A DNA stretch of 64,000 bases from an uncultured Candidatus Nitrosoarchaeum sp. (GTDB taxonomy: Archaea > Thermoproteota > Nitrososphaeria > Nitrososphaerales > Nitrosopumilaceae): positions 3,516 through 67,515 of the forward strand of contig CALKVM010000002.1 of NCBI GenBank assembly GCA_938049695.1, written 5' to 3'. The notes below the pieces were generated by a model. It was not told the DNA's origin. It worked only from the letters and a program-made list of their open reading frames with translations, and ran no database searches. This document shows, in pieces, positions 39,099 through 49,151 of this stretch. Position numbers and translations under genes: made by a program. Position 1 is the stretch's first letter, and the number at the start of each line of letters is the position of its first letter.

Positions 39099-40877
39099 AT
39101 GGCAGCTAAAGGTAGAATTGTTTGGGTAAGCGGTCCAGCAGTTAGAGCTGATGGAATGTCTGATGCAAAAATGTATGAGACTGTAGTTGTTGGCAACTCA
39201 AAATTAGTTGGTGAAGTTATTCGTCTAACTGGCGATGTTGCATTTATTCAAGTTTACGAATCCACAAGTGGACTAAAACCTGGTGAACCAGTTGTTGGTA
39301 CAGGAAATCCACTTAGTGTTTTATTAGGTCCAGGTATTATTGGACAAATTTATGATGGAATCCAAAGACCATTAAAAGAATTATCAAAAGTTTCTGGCTC
39401 ATTTATTGGCAAAGGCATTACAACAACTCCAGTAGATATGACGAAAAAATATCATTTTGTACCAACTGTAAGTAATGGTGATCAAGTTGAAGCAGGAAAT
39501 GTCATTGGTACTGTCAAAGAGACAGACCTCATTGAGAACTCTATTATGGTTCCACCGGATCACCTTGGTGGAAAAATCTCAAATATGGTAAGTGAGGGAG
39601 ATTATAATCTAGAAACTGTACTAGCTACTACTGAAAAAGATGGACAAAAAACCTCTCTTAAAATGTATCATAGATGGCCTGTTAGAAAACCACGACCGTA
39701 CAAAAATAGATACGATCCAACAGTTCCACTTATAACAGGACAGCGTGTTATTGACACATTTTTCCCAATTGCAAAGGGTGGTACTGGTTCTATTCCAGGT
39801 GCATTTGGAACAGGAAAGACAGTTACACTACATCAAATTGCAAAATGGGCTGATTCACAAGTTGTAGTTTACATCGGATGTGGTGAGAGAGGAAACGAAA
39901 TGACTGAAGTACTTGTTGAATTTCCACATCTTAAAGATCCACGTAGTGGTAAACCACTTATGGATAGAACAGTTTTGGTTGCAAACACAAGTAACATGCC
40001 AGTAGCTGCAAGAGAAGCAAGTATCTACACTGGTGTTACAATTGCTGAATATTATAGAGATATGGGTAAAGACGTTGTACTTGTAGCCGATTCTACTAGT
40101 CGATGGGCAGAATCACTCAGAGAAATGAGTGGAAGATTAGAAGAGATGCCAGCAGAAGAAGGTTATCCATCATATCTTGCATCAAGATTAGCAGAATTTT
40201 ATGAAAGAGCAGGCCGTGTTAGAGCTATTGGAAGTCCTGATCGTGATGGGTCAGTTACTCTGGTTGGTGCTGTTTCGCCATCAGGTGGAGACTTTACTGA
40301 GCCAGTAACAACACACACAATGAGATTTATCAAAACATTCTGGGCTTTGGATGCAAAACTTGCTTACTCTAGACACTACCCTTCAATTAACTGGATGAAT
40401 AGCTATTCTGGTTATCTTGGTGATATTGCAAAATGGTGGGGTGAAAACATCAATGAAGATTGGCTATCCCTTAGAAGTGAAGCTTATGGTATTTTACAAA
40501 GAGAAGATACACTAAAAGAAATTGTTAGACTCTTAGGTCCAGAAGCATTACCAGATGAAGAAAAACTAATTCTTGAAGTTGCAAGAATGATAAAGATTGG
40601 TCTATTACAACAAAATTCATTTGATGATGTCGATACTTATTGCAGTCCACAAAAACAATACAAATTACTAAAACTACTAGTTGAATTCTATAGAAGAGGT
40701 CAACAGGCATTAAAAGAAGGTACAGCCTTAGCTGATATTCGTGCAATGCCGATAATTACCACATTACTCAAAGCAAGGATGGATATCAAAGATAATGAAA
40801 TATCAAAACTTGATCAATTAGATATTGATATGAAAGAACAATTCAAATCTATTATGGGAGTGAAAGTTTCAAATTGA
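39099..40877 (+). CDS. atpA: A-type ATP synthase catalytic subunit A
   Basis: Walker A GAFGTGKT, the non-homologous insert region, and [18 protein letters not shown]. Confidence 0.95.
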   Translation: MAAKGRIVWVSGPAVRADGMSDAKMYETVVVGNSKLVGEVIRLTGDVAFIQVYESTSGLKPGEPVVGTGNPLSVLLGPGIIGQIYDGIQRPLKELSKVSGSFIGKGITTTPVDMTKKYHFVPTVSNGDQVEAGNVIGTVKETDLIENSIMVPPDHLGGKISNMVSEGDYNLETVLATTEKDGQKTSLKMYHRWPVRKPRPYKNRYDPTVPLITGQRVIDTFFPIAKGGTGSIPGAFGTGKTVTLHQIAKWADSQVVVYIGCGERGNEMTEVLVEFPHLKDPRSGKPLMDRTVLVANTSNMPVAAREASIYTGVTIAEYYRDMGKDVVLVADSTSRWAESLREMSGRLEEMPAEEGYPSYLASRLAEFYERAGRVRAIGSPDRDGSVTLVGAVSPSGGDFTEPVTTHTMRFIKTFWALDAKLAYSRHYPSINWMNSYSGYLGDIAKWWGENINEDWLSLRSEAYGILQREDTLKEIVRLLGPEALPDEEKLILEVARMIKIGLLQQNSFDDVDTYCSPQKQYKLLKLLVEFYRRGQQALKEGTALADIRAMPIITTLLKARMDIKDNEISKLDQLDIDMKEQFKSIMGVKVSN

Positions 40878-42259
40878 CAGATAAAGGTGGAGTTCAATAC
40901 AGCAAGATTGCAGAAATCAAAGGTCCACTAGTAGTTGTTGATGACGTTGAAAATGCAGCATTTGATGAACTTGTAGAAATTGAAACTAAAGAAGGAGAAA
41001 GAAGATTAGGCAAAGTTCTTGAAGTTGGAAATGGAAAAGCAATAGTTCAGGTATTTGAGGGTACATCTGGATTATCAATTTCTGGCACTAGTGCAAAATT
41101 TGTAGGTAAACTCATGGAAATGCCTGTATCAAAAGAAGTACTTGGTAGAGTATTTGATGGATTAGGTAGACCAAAAGACGGACTCCCAGATCCGATTGCT
41201 GATAAATTTATTGACATCAACGGTGAACCAATGAATCCAGAACAACGTGAATATCCAAAAGACTTCATTCAAACTGGTGTTTCTGTTATTGATGGAATGA
41301 TTACTCTAGTACGAGGACAAAAACTACCGATATTTTCTGGCTCTGGTATGTCACATAACATTCTTGCAGCACAAATTGCAAGACAAGCAAGTGTTGTTGG
41401 TACAAAAGATGATTTTGCAGTAGTATTTGCAGCGATTGGTGTGCAATACAGTGAAGCAGAATACTTCAGAAGAAGTCTTGAAGAATCAGGTGCACTAAAA
41501 AGAAGTGTTCTATTTCTAAATACAGCAGATGATCCTGCAATTGAAAGAATTATCACTCCGCGTGTAGCATTAACTGTTGCAGAATACTTGGCATTTGATC
41601 TTGGAATGCATGTTCTTGTTATACTAACTGATATGACAAATTATGCAGAAGCACTAAGAGAAATCAGTGCAGCAAGAGAAGAAGTACCGGGAAGAAAAGG
41701 TTACCCTGGTTATCTTTACACTGATCTTTCAACAATTTATGAAAGAGCAGGAAAATTAAATGGAAGAAAAGGCAGTGTTACACAAGTTCCAATTTTATCA
41801 ATGCCATCTGATGATATCACTCATCCAATTCCTGATCTTACTGGATACATCACAGAGGGTCAAGTTGTACTTGGAAGAGATTTATTCCGACAAGGTGTTT
41901 ATCCACCAATCAATATCTTGATGAGTCTTAGCAGATTAATGAAAGATGGAATCGGTGAAGGAAGTACAAGGGCAGATCACAGCGAAGTCTCAAATCAAGT
42001 TTATGATGCATACTCTAGAGCACAAGAAGTTAGAGCACTAGCTGGAATTGTAGGTAAAGCAGGATTAACAGAAATTGATTTGAAGTACATGGATGTTGGT
42101 GATGTCTTTGAAAAAGAATTCCTTACTCAGGCAACTGATGAAAATAGAACCATAGAAGAAACTCTTAATCTCTTATGGAAAATTGTTTCAAAACTTCCAA
42201 AGAATGAGATTACTAAGATTAAAGACAAATACATAGATCAATATTATCAGGGAAAATAG
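40874..42259 (+). CDS. atpB: A-type ATP synthase subunit B
   Basis: Conserved blocks [32 protein letters not shown] and [13 protein letters not shown]. The start overlaps the atpA stop. Confidence 0.95.
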   Translation: MTDKGGVQYSKIAEIKGPLVVVDDVENAAFDELVEIETKEGERRLGKVLEVGNGKAIVQVFEGTSGLSISGTSAKFVGKLMEMPVSKEVLGRVFDGLGRPKDGLPDPIADKFIDINGEPMNPEQREYPKDFIQTGVSVIDGMITLVRGQKLPIFSGSGMSHNILAAQIARQASVVGTKDDFAVVFAAIGVQYSEAEYFRRSLEESGALKRSVLFLNTADDPAIERIITPRVALTVAEYLAFDLGMHVLVILTDMTNYAEALREISAAREEVPGRKGYPGYLYTDLSTIYERAGKLNGRKGSVTQVPILSMPSDDITHPIPDLTGYITEGQVVLGRDLFRQGVYPPINILMSLSRLMKDGIGEGSTRADHSEVSNQVYDAYSRAQEVRALAGIVGKAGLTEIDLKYMDVGDVFEKEFLTQATDENRTIEETLNLLWKIVSKLPKNEITKIKDKYIDQYYQGK

Positions 42260-42263
42260 CAGA

Positions 42264-42896
42264 ATGTCATTTGGACAAAATGCAGTTGCAACAAAAATCG
42301 AACTTCTAAAATATAAAAAATCTAGTCAAGTTGCAATAATGGTTCAGAAAATTTTAGATGATAAACGTAAAGTTCTTTTAAAAAATATTGAAGAAATGAT
42401 TGATGAAGCCTCTAAAGCAAGAGGCGGAATTTGGGATCCATTACAAGATATTTACAAATCAGTTAATGAGGCATATCTTGCATTGGGAACTAACACGGTT
42501 GATTCTGTTGCTGAATCTACACCACCTGTAATGCAAGTTGATGTCCATGTACGAAGAGTTGTAGATGTTAAAATTCCAACACTTACAGTTACTGAAAAAG
42601 ATACAAAATCAATGCCTTATGGTTTTGCTGATACCAACTCATCAATAGATAGAGCAGCAAAACAGATCAAAGAATTACTTCCAAAAATCTGTAAAGCAGC
42701 AGAATATGAAAATTCAATTTTTAGCCTTGCAAAAGCACTTGAAAAAACACAAAAATTACTTAATGCACTAGAAAATGTCATTATCCCACAATATCAACAA
42801 AAAATACGATTTATTCTTGCAACTCTTGAAGAAAGGGAAAGAGAAGAATTCGCAAAGTTAAAAAAAGTGAAAGCTAAGATGGTAAGTAGGAAATAA
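42264..42896 (+). CDS. atpD: A-type ATP synthase subunit D (central stalk)
   Basis: A 210-aa helical protein with the N-terminal TKIELLKYKK pattern. Position after atpB. Confidence 0.85.
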   Translation: MSFGQNAVATKIELLKYKKSSQVAIMVQKILDDKRKVLLKNIEEMIDEASKARGGIWDPLQDIYKSVNEAYLALGTNTVDSVAESTPPVMQVDVHVRRVVDVKIPTLTVTEKDTKSMPYGFADTNSSIDRAAKQIKELLPKICKAAEYENSIFSLAKALEKTQKLLNALENVIIPQYQQKIRFILATLEEREREEFAKLKKVKAKMVSRK

Positions 42897-43027
42897 TGGC
42901 AAAAGAAGAAATTAAAAAACTAGTTGAAAGCTCCAAGAAGGTATTAGAACAGGATCATGAAAATTCCGCTAAATCAATTAAAAATGATTTGGCATCATTC
43001 AAAAAGAAAACACTAGATCGAATTTAA
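42896..43027 (+). CDS. possible 43-aa charged helical microprotein, translationally coupled to atpD
   Basis: Hand-translated: MAKEEIKKLVESSKKVLEQDHENSAKSIKNDLASFKKKTLDRI. Its ATG overlaps the atpD stop (TAATG). It lies between atpD and atpK. Confidence 0.35.
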   Translation: MAKEEIKKLVESSKKVLEQDHENSAKSIKNDLASFKKKTLDRI

Positions 43028-43079
43028 CATTAAAACATCATCATGATTTAAATATGGAACTAGAAAAGTTGGTACATTA

Positions 43080-43388
43080 ATGAAACCTATCATATTGCTA
43101 CTTTTGGCAACAATTGCAATATCTGCAACTGGATTGACTGGTGTTGCCTATGCTCAGGAAGAATCAGCAGCAGGTAGTGCAGATTCTATGAAACTTCTAG
43201 GTGCAGGTTTAGCCTTTGGTTTGGCCGCAGCTGGAGCAGGTATAGGTTTGGGTCAAGTTGGTGCAGCAGGTCTTGCAGTAATTAGTGAAAACCCAGCATT
43301 GCAGTCAAAAGTATTCATTTTCGTAGGTATGGTTGAATCAATCGCTATCTACGGTATAGTCATGATGTTTATCATCCTTGGACAATAA
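43080..43388 (+). CDS. atpK: A-type ATP synthase proteolipid subunit K (c-subunit)
   Basis: Gly/Ala-rich hairpin (GAGLAFGLAAAGAGIGLGQVG) with the conserved Glu in VGMVESIAIYG. Confidence 0.9.
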   Translation: MKPIILLLLATIAISATGLTGVAYAQEESAAGSADSMKLLGAGLAFGLAAAGAGIGLGQVGAAGLAVISENPALQSKVFIFVGMVESIAIYGIVMMFIILGQ

Positions 43389-43421
43389 ACACAAAAGCAT
43401 TATCTTTTTCAAATTTTTAAT

Positions 43422-43904
43422 TTAATTATATTTTAGTTTGTTAACATCTAATACTCTTGCACAATATCTACATTTGAGTACTCTTCCCTGTTTGTCAATT
43501 ACATCCATTACTGATTCAATATGCTCGGTGCTGTTAGTAATGCAATCTGGATTTGAACAACGGAAAATTCTGTCTATTTCATTTGGAAGTGAAACTCTTC
43601 TCTTTTCAATTAGTTTGTAATCTTTGATGATGTTGATAGTTGCCTTTGGAGCAATTACTGCTAGCTTGTTTGTATCATCATCTTTTAGAAATTTATTTTC
43701 AACTTTGATGATATCTTTTTTCTTGAATTTTCCACTAGGTACGTTAAGAGCAATAGTTATGAGACTACCATCCTTTCCATCAATCCTTAAAGCATTTAGA
43801 ACCTGAAGGCCTTTTCCCTCGTCAATATGGTCCAACACAGTACCTTCTTTAATTCGTCGAACCATGAGTTCGGACTCTTGCATCAGAATACTTTGTATAG
43901 TCAC
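43422..43904 (-). CDS. pyrI: aspartate carbamoyltransferase regulatory subunit
   Basis: IKEGTVLDHI and the zinc domain CSNPDCITN...CRYC. The true start may be an internal Met (43883 or 43865). Confidence 0.9.
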   Translation of the reverse strand: MTIQSILMQESELMVRRIKEGTVLDHIDEGKGLQVLNALRIDGKDGSLITIALNVPSGKFKKKDIIKVENKFLKDDDTNKLAVIAPKATINIIKDYKLIEKRRVSLPNEIDRIFRCSNPDCITNSTEHIESVMDVIDKQGRVLKCRYCARVLDVNKLKYN

Positions 43905-43924
43905 CCGTATATATCATTGAAAGA

Positions 43925-44854
43925 TTGAACGAGTTCTATCAAAAAGACATAATTTCTATCAAGGACTTTGACAAGGCTCAACTTGAGCAAATCTTTGTAT
44001 CTACTGATAAAATAATGAAACTTGATCCCATAGAAAGAAGGGAAATTTGTAAAGGAAACACATTGGGTTATCTGTTTTATGAACCAAGTACTAGAACTCG
44101 TCTTAGTTTTGATGCTGCCATGGCATCAATTGGTGGTAATTCTTTGGGAATTTCCAACATCTCATCATCATCTGCACAAAAAGGTGAAAGTCTTGCAGAT
44201 ACTGTAAGAATAATGTCGATTTATTCTGATGTACTTGTATTACGACATCCTCTTGACGGTTCAAGTAGATTTGCATCTGAAGTTTCTTCAAAACCAGTTA
44301 TCAATGCTGGAAGTGGAACAGAAGAGCATCCAACACAAGCTATACAAGATTTGTTTACAATAAGAAAAGAAAAGAAAAAAATCGATGGTCTCAAAATAGG
44401 AATTATTGGTGATCTAAAATATGGACGAACAGTTTATTCTCTTTTATATGGCCTTGGAAATTACGATGTTGATGTTCATTTAATCTCTCCTGAATCATTA
44501 AGAATTAGATCTGATTCTGTTTATGAAATAAAAAAGAGATTGTCTTTTACCGAATCCACTAACATTGAAGAATACATTGATGATCTCGATGTTCTTTATG
44601 TAACACGAATCCAAAAAGAAAGATTTCCTGACGAAGAAGAATATCTCAAAGTAAAAGGAAGTTATGTTGTGGGGTTGGATTTATTGCAAAAGATGAAAGA
44701 TGATTCTATTATCTTACATCCATTACCTAGACTAGATGAAATTTCAACTGATGTTGATAATACAAAACATGCAAAATATTTTGAGCAAGCTGAATATGGA
44801 AAGCATACACGAGCTGCGTTATTGGGATTAATACTCAATGAAAATGGATTCTAA
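43925..44854 (+). CDS. pyrB: aspartate carbamoyltransferase catalytic subunit
   Basis: FYEPSTRTRLSF, RHP, HPTQA and HPLPR. TTG start. Confidence 0.9.
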   Translation: MNEFYQKDIISIKDFDKAQLEQIFVSTDKIMKLDPIERREICKGNTLGYLFYEPSTRTRLSFDAAMASIGGNSLGISNISSSSAQKGESLADTVRIMSIYSDVLVLRHPLDGSSRFASEVSSKPVINAGSGTEEHPTQAIQDLFTIRKEKKKIDGLKIGIIGDLKYGRTVYSLLYGLGNYDVDVHLISPESLRIRSDSVYEIKKRLSFTESTNIEEYIDDLDVLYVTRIQKERFPDEEEYLKVKGSYVVGLDLLQKMKDDSIILHPLPRLDEISTDVDNTKHAKYFEQAEYGKHTRAALLGLILNENGF

Positions 44855-44928
44855 ATCGTAAGATCTGTTTTATAATTAAAATTGATTGCGTATTCCATAT
44901 ATCTGGAGACATATCAAATAACAACAGT

Positions 44929-45639
44929 TTGACACAAACAAAAATTCTACCTATCTTTCCTTTGGATTTAGTATTGTTTCCTAGACAAGAACTACCACTC
45001 AGAATTTTTGAACCCAGATACAAGCAACTAGTTGATGATTGCATGCTAGGTGATGGTCAATTCGGTGTATGTCTGATTGATGCAAATAACTCAATTAGTG
45101 GTTGGACTGCACCAAAATCAATAGGTACAATTGCAAAGATAACCAAATGCAAAGATGTTGAATTAGATGGAATGCAGTTACATATTGAGACTGTTGGTCG
45201 CAACAAATTCAAAATCAATAAAATAATCCCACCATCATTGGCGCAGCCTTCTAATTATGATCCATACACCGTAGAAGGCCATCAGAGTATTTCAGAATTA
45301 CATGAAAAATTAGGAACTGAAGAAAAAATGTACATTCGTGCTGAAGTTGAACTAATTCCTGAAATTGATGATAATGTACCATTAGACAAATGGGAAAAAT
45401 TAGTGGAGATGTGGAAAAATAAAATTGTCAGGCAAGCATTGCCACAAATTGTTGAATCACATGCATTAGATCAGGTTTTAGAAAAATATTATCTTACTAC
45501 AGACATGCCTACAATTGATTATATCTATTCTTTATCTGCACTTGGAGCAAAAGATCCAAATGAATTACAACCAATACTTGAAGCTAACACCATGGATGAT
45601 TTGATTCAAAAAGTTCAAGAATTGCTGAAAGTAAAATAA
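44929..45639 (+). CDS. stand-alone Lon N-terminal (LON substrate-binding) domain protein
   Basis: LPIFPLDLVLFPRQELPLRIFEPRYKQLV is the canonical start of the LON_substr_bdg domain. No AAA+ or protease domain follows. Confidence 0.8.
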   Translation: MTQTKILPIFPLDLVLFPRQELPLRIFEPRYKQLVDDCMLGDGQFGVCLIDANNSISGWTAPKSIGTIAKITKCKDVELDGMQLHIETVGRNKFKINKIIPPSLAQPSNYDPYTVEGHQSISELHEKLGTEEKMYIRAEVELIPEIDDNVPLDKWEKLVEMWKNKIVRQALPQIVESHALDQVLEKYYLTTDMPTIDYIYSLSALGAKDPNELQPILEANTMDDLIQKVQELLKVK

Positions 45640-45646
45640 CCTCAAC

Positions 45647-47041
45647 ATGTCTAGAACTATATTGTCATTATCAAAATTTGTAATATTTACAATAACTGTA
45701 ATAGCGATATCTTTACTATTTCCAGTATCTAACGTTTATGGACATGGATTTGGAATTGATACTATTCGTTCAGTCGATGTACAAGGAAAGAAAATTTCGA
45801 TTTCAGTTGAGCTTCCAATGGTTTTTGAGCAAACAAACGAAAAACAAATTACAGTTACAGCAACTGAAGATGAGACAAAAGAAAATGCAAAAAACGTTAC
45901 ATTTCTAATTGGTTTATTTCATGAAAACAAAATGATGTTTAGAAACTATTTTTTTGCATCTGATGGAGTTCTTCTAATCAAAATAAATTCTACACAAGAA
46001 GGTGAGATTACAATTCATGGAGAACAGGATTCTTTGTTAGGTGCATGGCATGGAACCGAATCTAATCCCATAATGATTTCTGGTCCTATTTTCAATTCGG
46101 GTGGATTGTACAATTTTGAAATCGAGGTAAGAACAATTGATGAACCAACAAATATAATTGAAAATTCTGGCATTTACAATGCAGATCTGAGTATTGTAGA
46201 TAGCACAGAATTTTTACAAAAAGATGCCGAAAATCAGGATGTAGAGTTTAAAATAAAATCATACTTTGATAATATCTCCAATTTTGAGTATGATCCTATT
46301 ACCAAACAAGTAACATTTGAGATGCCTTTTGATTGGGGTGAAAAACAAATGTCTCACATTCCATTTGTGCATGAAGAAGTACATTTTCCTAAGAATTTTG
46401 CTGAATTTATGTCTCCAAGTTATACAGGTAAAGCAAATGGAATTGACTTGTTTAAAGCATCAGTTACAATCGACGATTATACTGTAGATGATGAAAGAAT
46501 AGTTCATTTTGTTTTATTACAGGATCATCTTAGATTCATAAAGAACAAACTACAAAAATCCGGAGAACCATTACCTGATAAAATTACTTTTGTTCTTTCT
46601 AGATCTGAAAATATAGGATTTCCATTAACTTCATTTACAAAAAGTGAAGACTTTCAAGTGAATCTCTCATGGGATCCAATAGAAATTGCACCTGGACAAA
46701 ATACAAATTTTATCTTTACAATCAGAGATGGTAAAACTGGAGAACCATTACGTAATTCAGATTATACTTTTGTAATCATACAAAATGGCAAGGAAATTCA
46801 TAGAGCAACTGGAACTGCGCAAGTTGGTGGAGAATTTGAACGATATGAATTTGGTGAGGATCAAACAGGTCCTACAATTATTAGATTTGAAAATATTAGA
46901 AACACAGGTCAAGAAACTGATTTTGGAATAGTTGTTGCTCCTGAATTTGGAACTATTGCAATTATGATTCTATTTTCCACATTATTGGTAGTAGTTTTGG
47001 CATCAAGAAATCGCTTTTCAAAAAATCTAATTTCTAATTAA
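45647..47041 (+). CDS. secreted modular surface protein with PEFG-CTERM sorting signal; paralog of 59695-61260 and 62245-63729
   Basis: Signal peptide ending VYG|HGFG. Shared family blocks: GGLYNFEIEV, SYFDNISNFEYD...FEMPFDW and HEEVHFP. An Ig-like domain carries YTFVIIQNGKEI. The C-terminus PEFGTIAIMILFSTLLVVVLASRNRF (46940-47041) is the thaumarchaeal PEFG-CTERM pattern. Confidence 0.7.
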   Translation: MSRTILSLSKFVIFTITVIAISLLFPVSNVYGHGFGIDTIRSVDVQGKKISISVELPMVFEQTNEKQITVTATEDETKENAKNVTFLIGLFHENKMMFRNYFFASDGVLLIKINSTQEGEITIHGEQDSLLGAWHGTESNPIMISGPIFNSGGLYNFEIEVRTIDEPTNIIENSGIYNADLSIVDSTEFLQKDAENQDVEFKIKSYFDNISNFEYDPITKQVTFEMPFDWGEKQMSHIPFVHEEVHFPKNFAEFMSPSYTGKANGIDLFKASVTIDDYTVDDERIVHFVLLQDHLRFIKNKLQKSGEPLPDKITFVLSRSENIGFPLTSFTKSEDFQVNLSWDPIEIAPGQNTNFIFTIRDGKTGEPLRNSDYTFVIIQNGKEIHRATGTAQVGGEFERYEFGEDQTGPTIIRFENIRNTGQETDFGIVVAPEFGTIAIMILFSTLLVVVLASRNRFSKNLISN

Positions 47042-47043
47042 TT

Positions 47044-47427
47044 TTATAATGTTACTAATTTTACAGTATCCATATTTTTGTTTACTTGGAAATCTTTTGT
47101 AATAGTTGATACTCTTTCTGCATCACCATCAATTACAAATAATTCCATACATTTCTCTCCCTCAATTTTACTATGTAGATGTGTTGTAATCAAATCTTCA
47201 AAATTATGTTTTATTCCAGATACAACATGATCAAACTCATCATTATGAACAACTAAAAGAATAGCGTGAATATTTCCTGTTAATTCCAATTTTTGTTTTT
47301 CTTCTGAAACAAAAATTCTGATTCCTGCCCTTATTGCTTCAGACCTACCTGAAAAGCCCATAGTTTTTTGTAATTTATCTAATTCTGATAAAATCTCTTG
47401 ATTCAATGAAATTGAAACTATAGGCAT
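47044..47427 (-). CDS. nikR: NikR-family ribbon-helix-helix metal-responsive regulator
   Basis: N-terminal RHH (IVSISLNQEILSELDKL...GFSGRSEAIRAGIR) and a C-terminal ACT-like domain with His/Cys ligand candidates (HNDEFDH, THLHSKIEGEKC). Confidence 0.78.
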   Translation of the reverse strand: MPIVSISLNQEILSELDKLQKTMGFSGRSEAIRAGIRIFVSEEKQKLELTGNIHAILLVVHNDEFDHVVSGIKHNFEDLITTHLHSKIEGEKCMELFVIDGDAERVSTITKDFQVNKNMDTVKLVTL

Positions 47428-47431
47428 AAAT

Positions 47432-47451
47432 GATAATTGTTATTAATTATC
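47432..47451. promoter_or_regulatory. inverted repeat GATAATT-N6-AATTATC in the nikR / metal-ABC divergent intergenic region
   Basis: Read directly from the sequence, 5 nt upstream of the nikR start. AT-rich background, so chance is not excluded. Confidence 0.25.
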
Positions 47452-47487
47452 TTATAAGTTTAGCATTAAAGTTATTAACATTTTATA

Positions 47488-47503
47488 AAGTTATTAATAA
47501 CTT
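47488..47503. promoter_or_regulatory. perfect 16-bp palindrome AAGTTATTAATAACTT, candidate operator upstream of the metal ABC operon
   Basis: Perfect self-complement, 16 nt upstream of the GTG start at 47519. The half-site AAAGTTATTAA recurs at 47468-47478. Confidence 0.35.
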
Positions 47504-47518
47504 ATATCAAAATCGTGT

Positions 47519-48433
47519 GTGAATAGCCAAGTAAAACTAGCAATAATTGCAATTTCGATTACAATTCCTTTGATCTCATTTGCTGTTTTTTCAAGTGATT
47601 CAAACCAATTCAAGAAAACAAATGAATCCAAACTACAGGTTATGTCATCATTTTATCCGTTACATGAATTTTCACAAAATGTTGGTAAAGAAAAAGTTGA
47701 TGTAAAATTGTTAGTTCCAGTTGGAGTTGAACCTCATGATTGGGAACCAACAATAAAAGATGTACAACAAATGCAAAAATCTGATCTTATCATAATTAAT
47801 GGAATTGGATTTGAAAGTTGGGTTGATAAATTACATGAAATGAATTACCAAGGAGTGATAGTTGATACCAGTAATGGGATTATAAAAAATATTGAGGAAG
47901 AATCTATACATGATGAATATTCTGATGAATCTGGAGATCCCCATATTTGGTTAAATCCAGTTTTTGCAAAAATTCAAGTTCAAAATATTGCAAATGCATT
48001 TTCTAACTCAGATCCTGAGAATCGACAATATTTTCAAGAAAATGCTGCAAATTACATTGATGAATTAGATTTGCTAGATTCAAAAATTCGTAATGAATTA
48101 TTTGGGTGTAATCATGATTTTATTGCATTTCATGATTCCTTTTCATATTTTGCAGATGAATATGATCTCACACAATATACTATAATTTCTTCATATGCAC
48201 CACATACAGAACCCACTGCCAAGACTTTAGAAAATGTAATTAATAAAGCCAAACAGCTTGATGTTAAAGTTATTTTTACTGAAGAAACAGCTGATCCTAA
48301 AACTTCTCAAGTAATTGCAAACGAAATTGGAGGAAAAATACTAGTTTTATCTTCGTTAGAAATCGGTAATGATGGAACTTATATTTCTAGAATGACTGAG
48401 AATCTAAATCATCTGAAGGAGGCATTATGTTGA
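47519..48433 (+). CDS. metal ABC transporter substrate-binding protein (TroA/ZnuA cluster 9 family)
   Basis: SFYPLHEF, VEPHDWEP, DPHIWLNP and FHDSFSYFA are the metal-ligand His/Asp blocks of ZnuA/TroA-type proteins. GTG start. Confidence 0.85.
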   Translation: MNSQVKLAIIAISITIPLISFAVFSSDSNQFKKTNESKLQVMSSFYPLHEFSQNVGKEKVDVKLLVPVGVEPHDWEPTIKDVQQMQKSDLIIINGIGFESWVDKLHEMNYQGVIVDTSNGIIKNIEEESIHDEYSDESGDPHIWLNPVFAKIQVQNIANAFSNSDPENRQYFQENAANYIDELDLLDSKIRNELFGCNHDFIAFHDSFSYFADEYDLTQYTIISSYAPHTEPTAKTLENVINKAKQLDVKVIFTEETADPKTSQVIANEIGGKILVLSSLEIGNDGTYISRMTENLNHLKEALC

Positions 48434-49149
48434 AGATAGTAGAAATTGATCATCTTACAATACAATATCCTGATGTAAAAGCTATAGATGATGTTAGTTT
48501 TACGGTTAACCAAGGTGATTTTTTAGGCATAATTGGTCCTAATGGAGCAGGAAAATCCACACTTTTCGCTTCAATGCTTAGTCTTAATACAAAATACAAA
48601 GGCACAATCAAATTTTTTGGTACTGATATTAGAAAATCAAGAAACTATCTTAAAGAGATTGGTTATGTACCACAGAAACCAATCTTTGAGAAAAACTTTC
48701 CTGCAACAGTTAATGACGTTGTTAAAATGGGATTACAAAAAGAATCCGATGAAAGTAAAATTGATGAAATTCTGCAACAACTTTGGATACATGAGCTGAG
48801 TAAAAAAAGAATAGGTGAACTATCTGGTGGACAACAACAACGTGTATTTATTGCAAAAGCCTTAGTTAACAATCCTAAAGTTTTGATTTTAGATGAACCT
48901 GTTACAGGTATCGATCAACAAAGCATCGATCTTTTTTATAGTATTTTAAAAGAACTAAACTCCAAACAAAACATTACAATAATTTGGTCTTCCCATGATC
49001 TGGATGCAGTAAATAAATTAGCAAATCATGTAGCTTGTCTTAACCGAACTCTTTTCTTTCATGGAGAATCTGATGATTTCTTTAGCAATGATGATCTTGT
49101 AAAACAATATTCTGAAGCTTCTATGCAGGAACACATGCATCATCATTAG
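48427..49149 (+). CDS. metal ABC transporter ATP-binding protein (ZnuC-like) with His-rich tail
   Basis: Walker A GPNGAGKST, signature LSGGQQQR, Walker B LILDEP. C-terminus QEHMHHH. Confidence 0.9.
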   Translation: MLKIVEIDHLTIQYPDVKAIDDVSFTVNQGDFLGIIGPNGAGKSTLFASMLSLNTKYKGTIKFFGTDIRKSRNYLKEIGYVPQKPIFEKNFPATVNDVVKMGLQKESDESKIDEILQQLWIHELSKKRIGELSGGQQQRVFIAKALVNNPKVLILDEPVTGIDQQSIDLFYSILKELNSKQNITIIWSSHDLDAVNKLANHVACLNRTLFFHGESDDFFSNDDLVKQYSEASMQEHMHHH

Positions 49150-49151
49150 AA

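Noticed and set aside
43065-43085. TTGGTACATT half-site just upstream of atpK, resembling the left arm of the palindromic operator.
   Set aside because: There is no matching GTACCA arm 11 nt downstream and the gene context is unrelated, so this is most likely chance.
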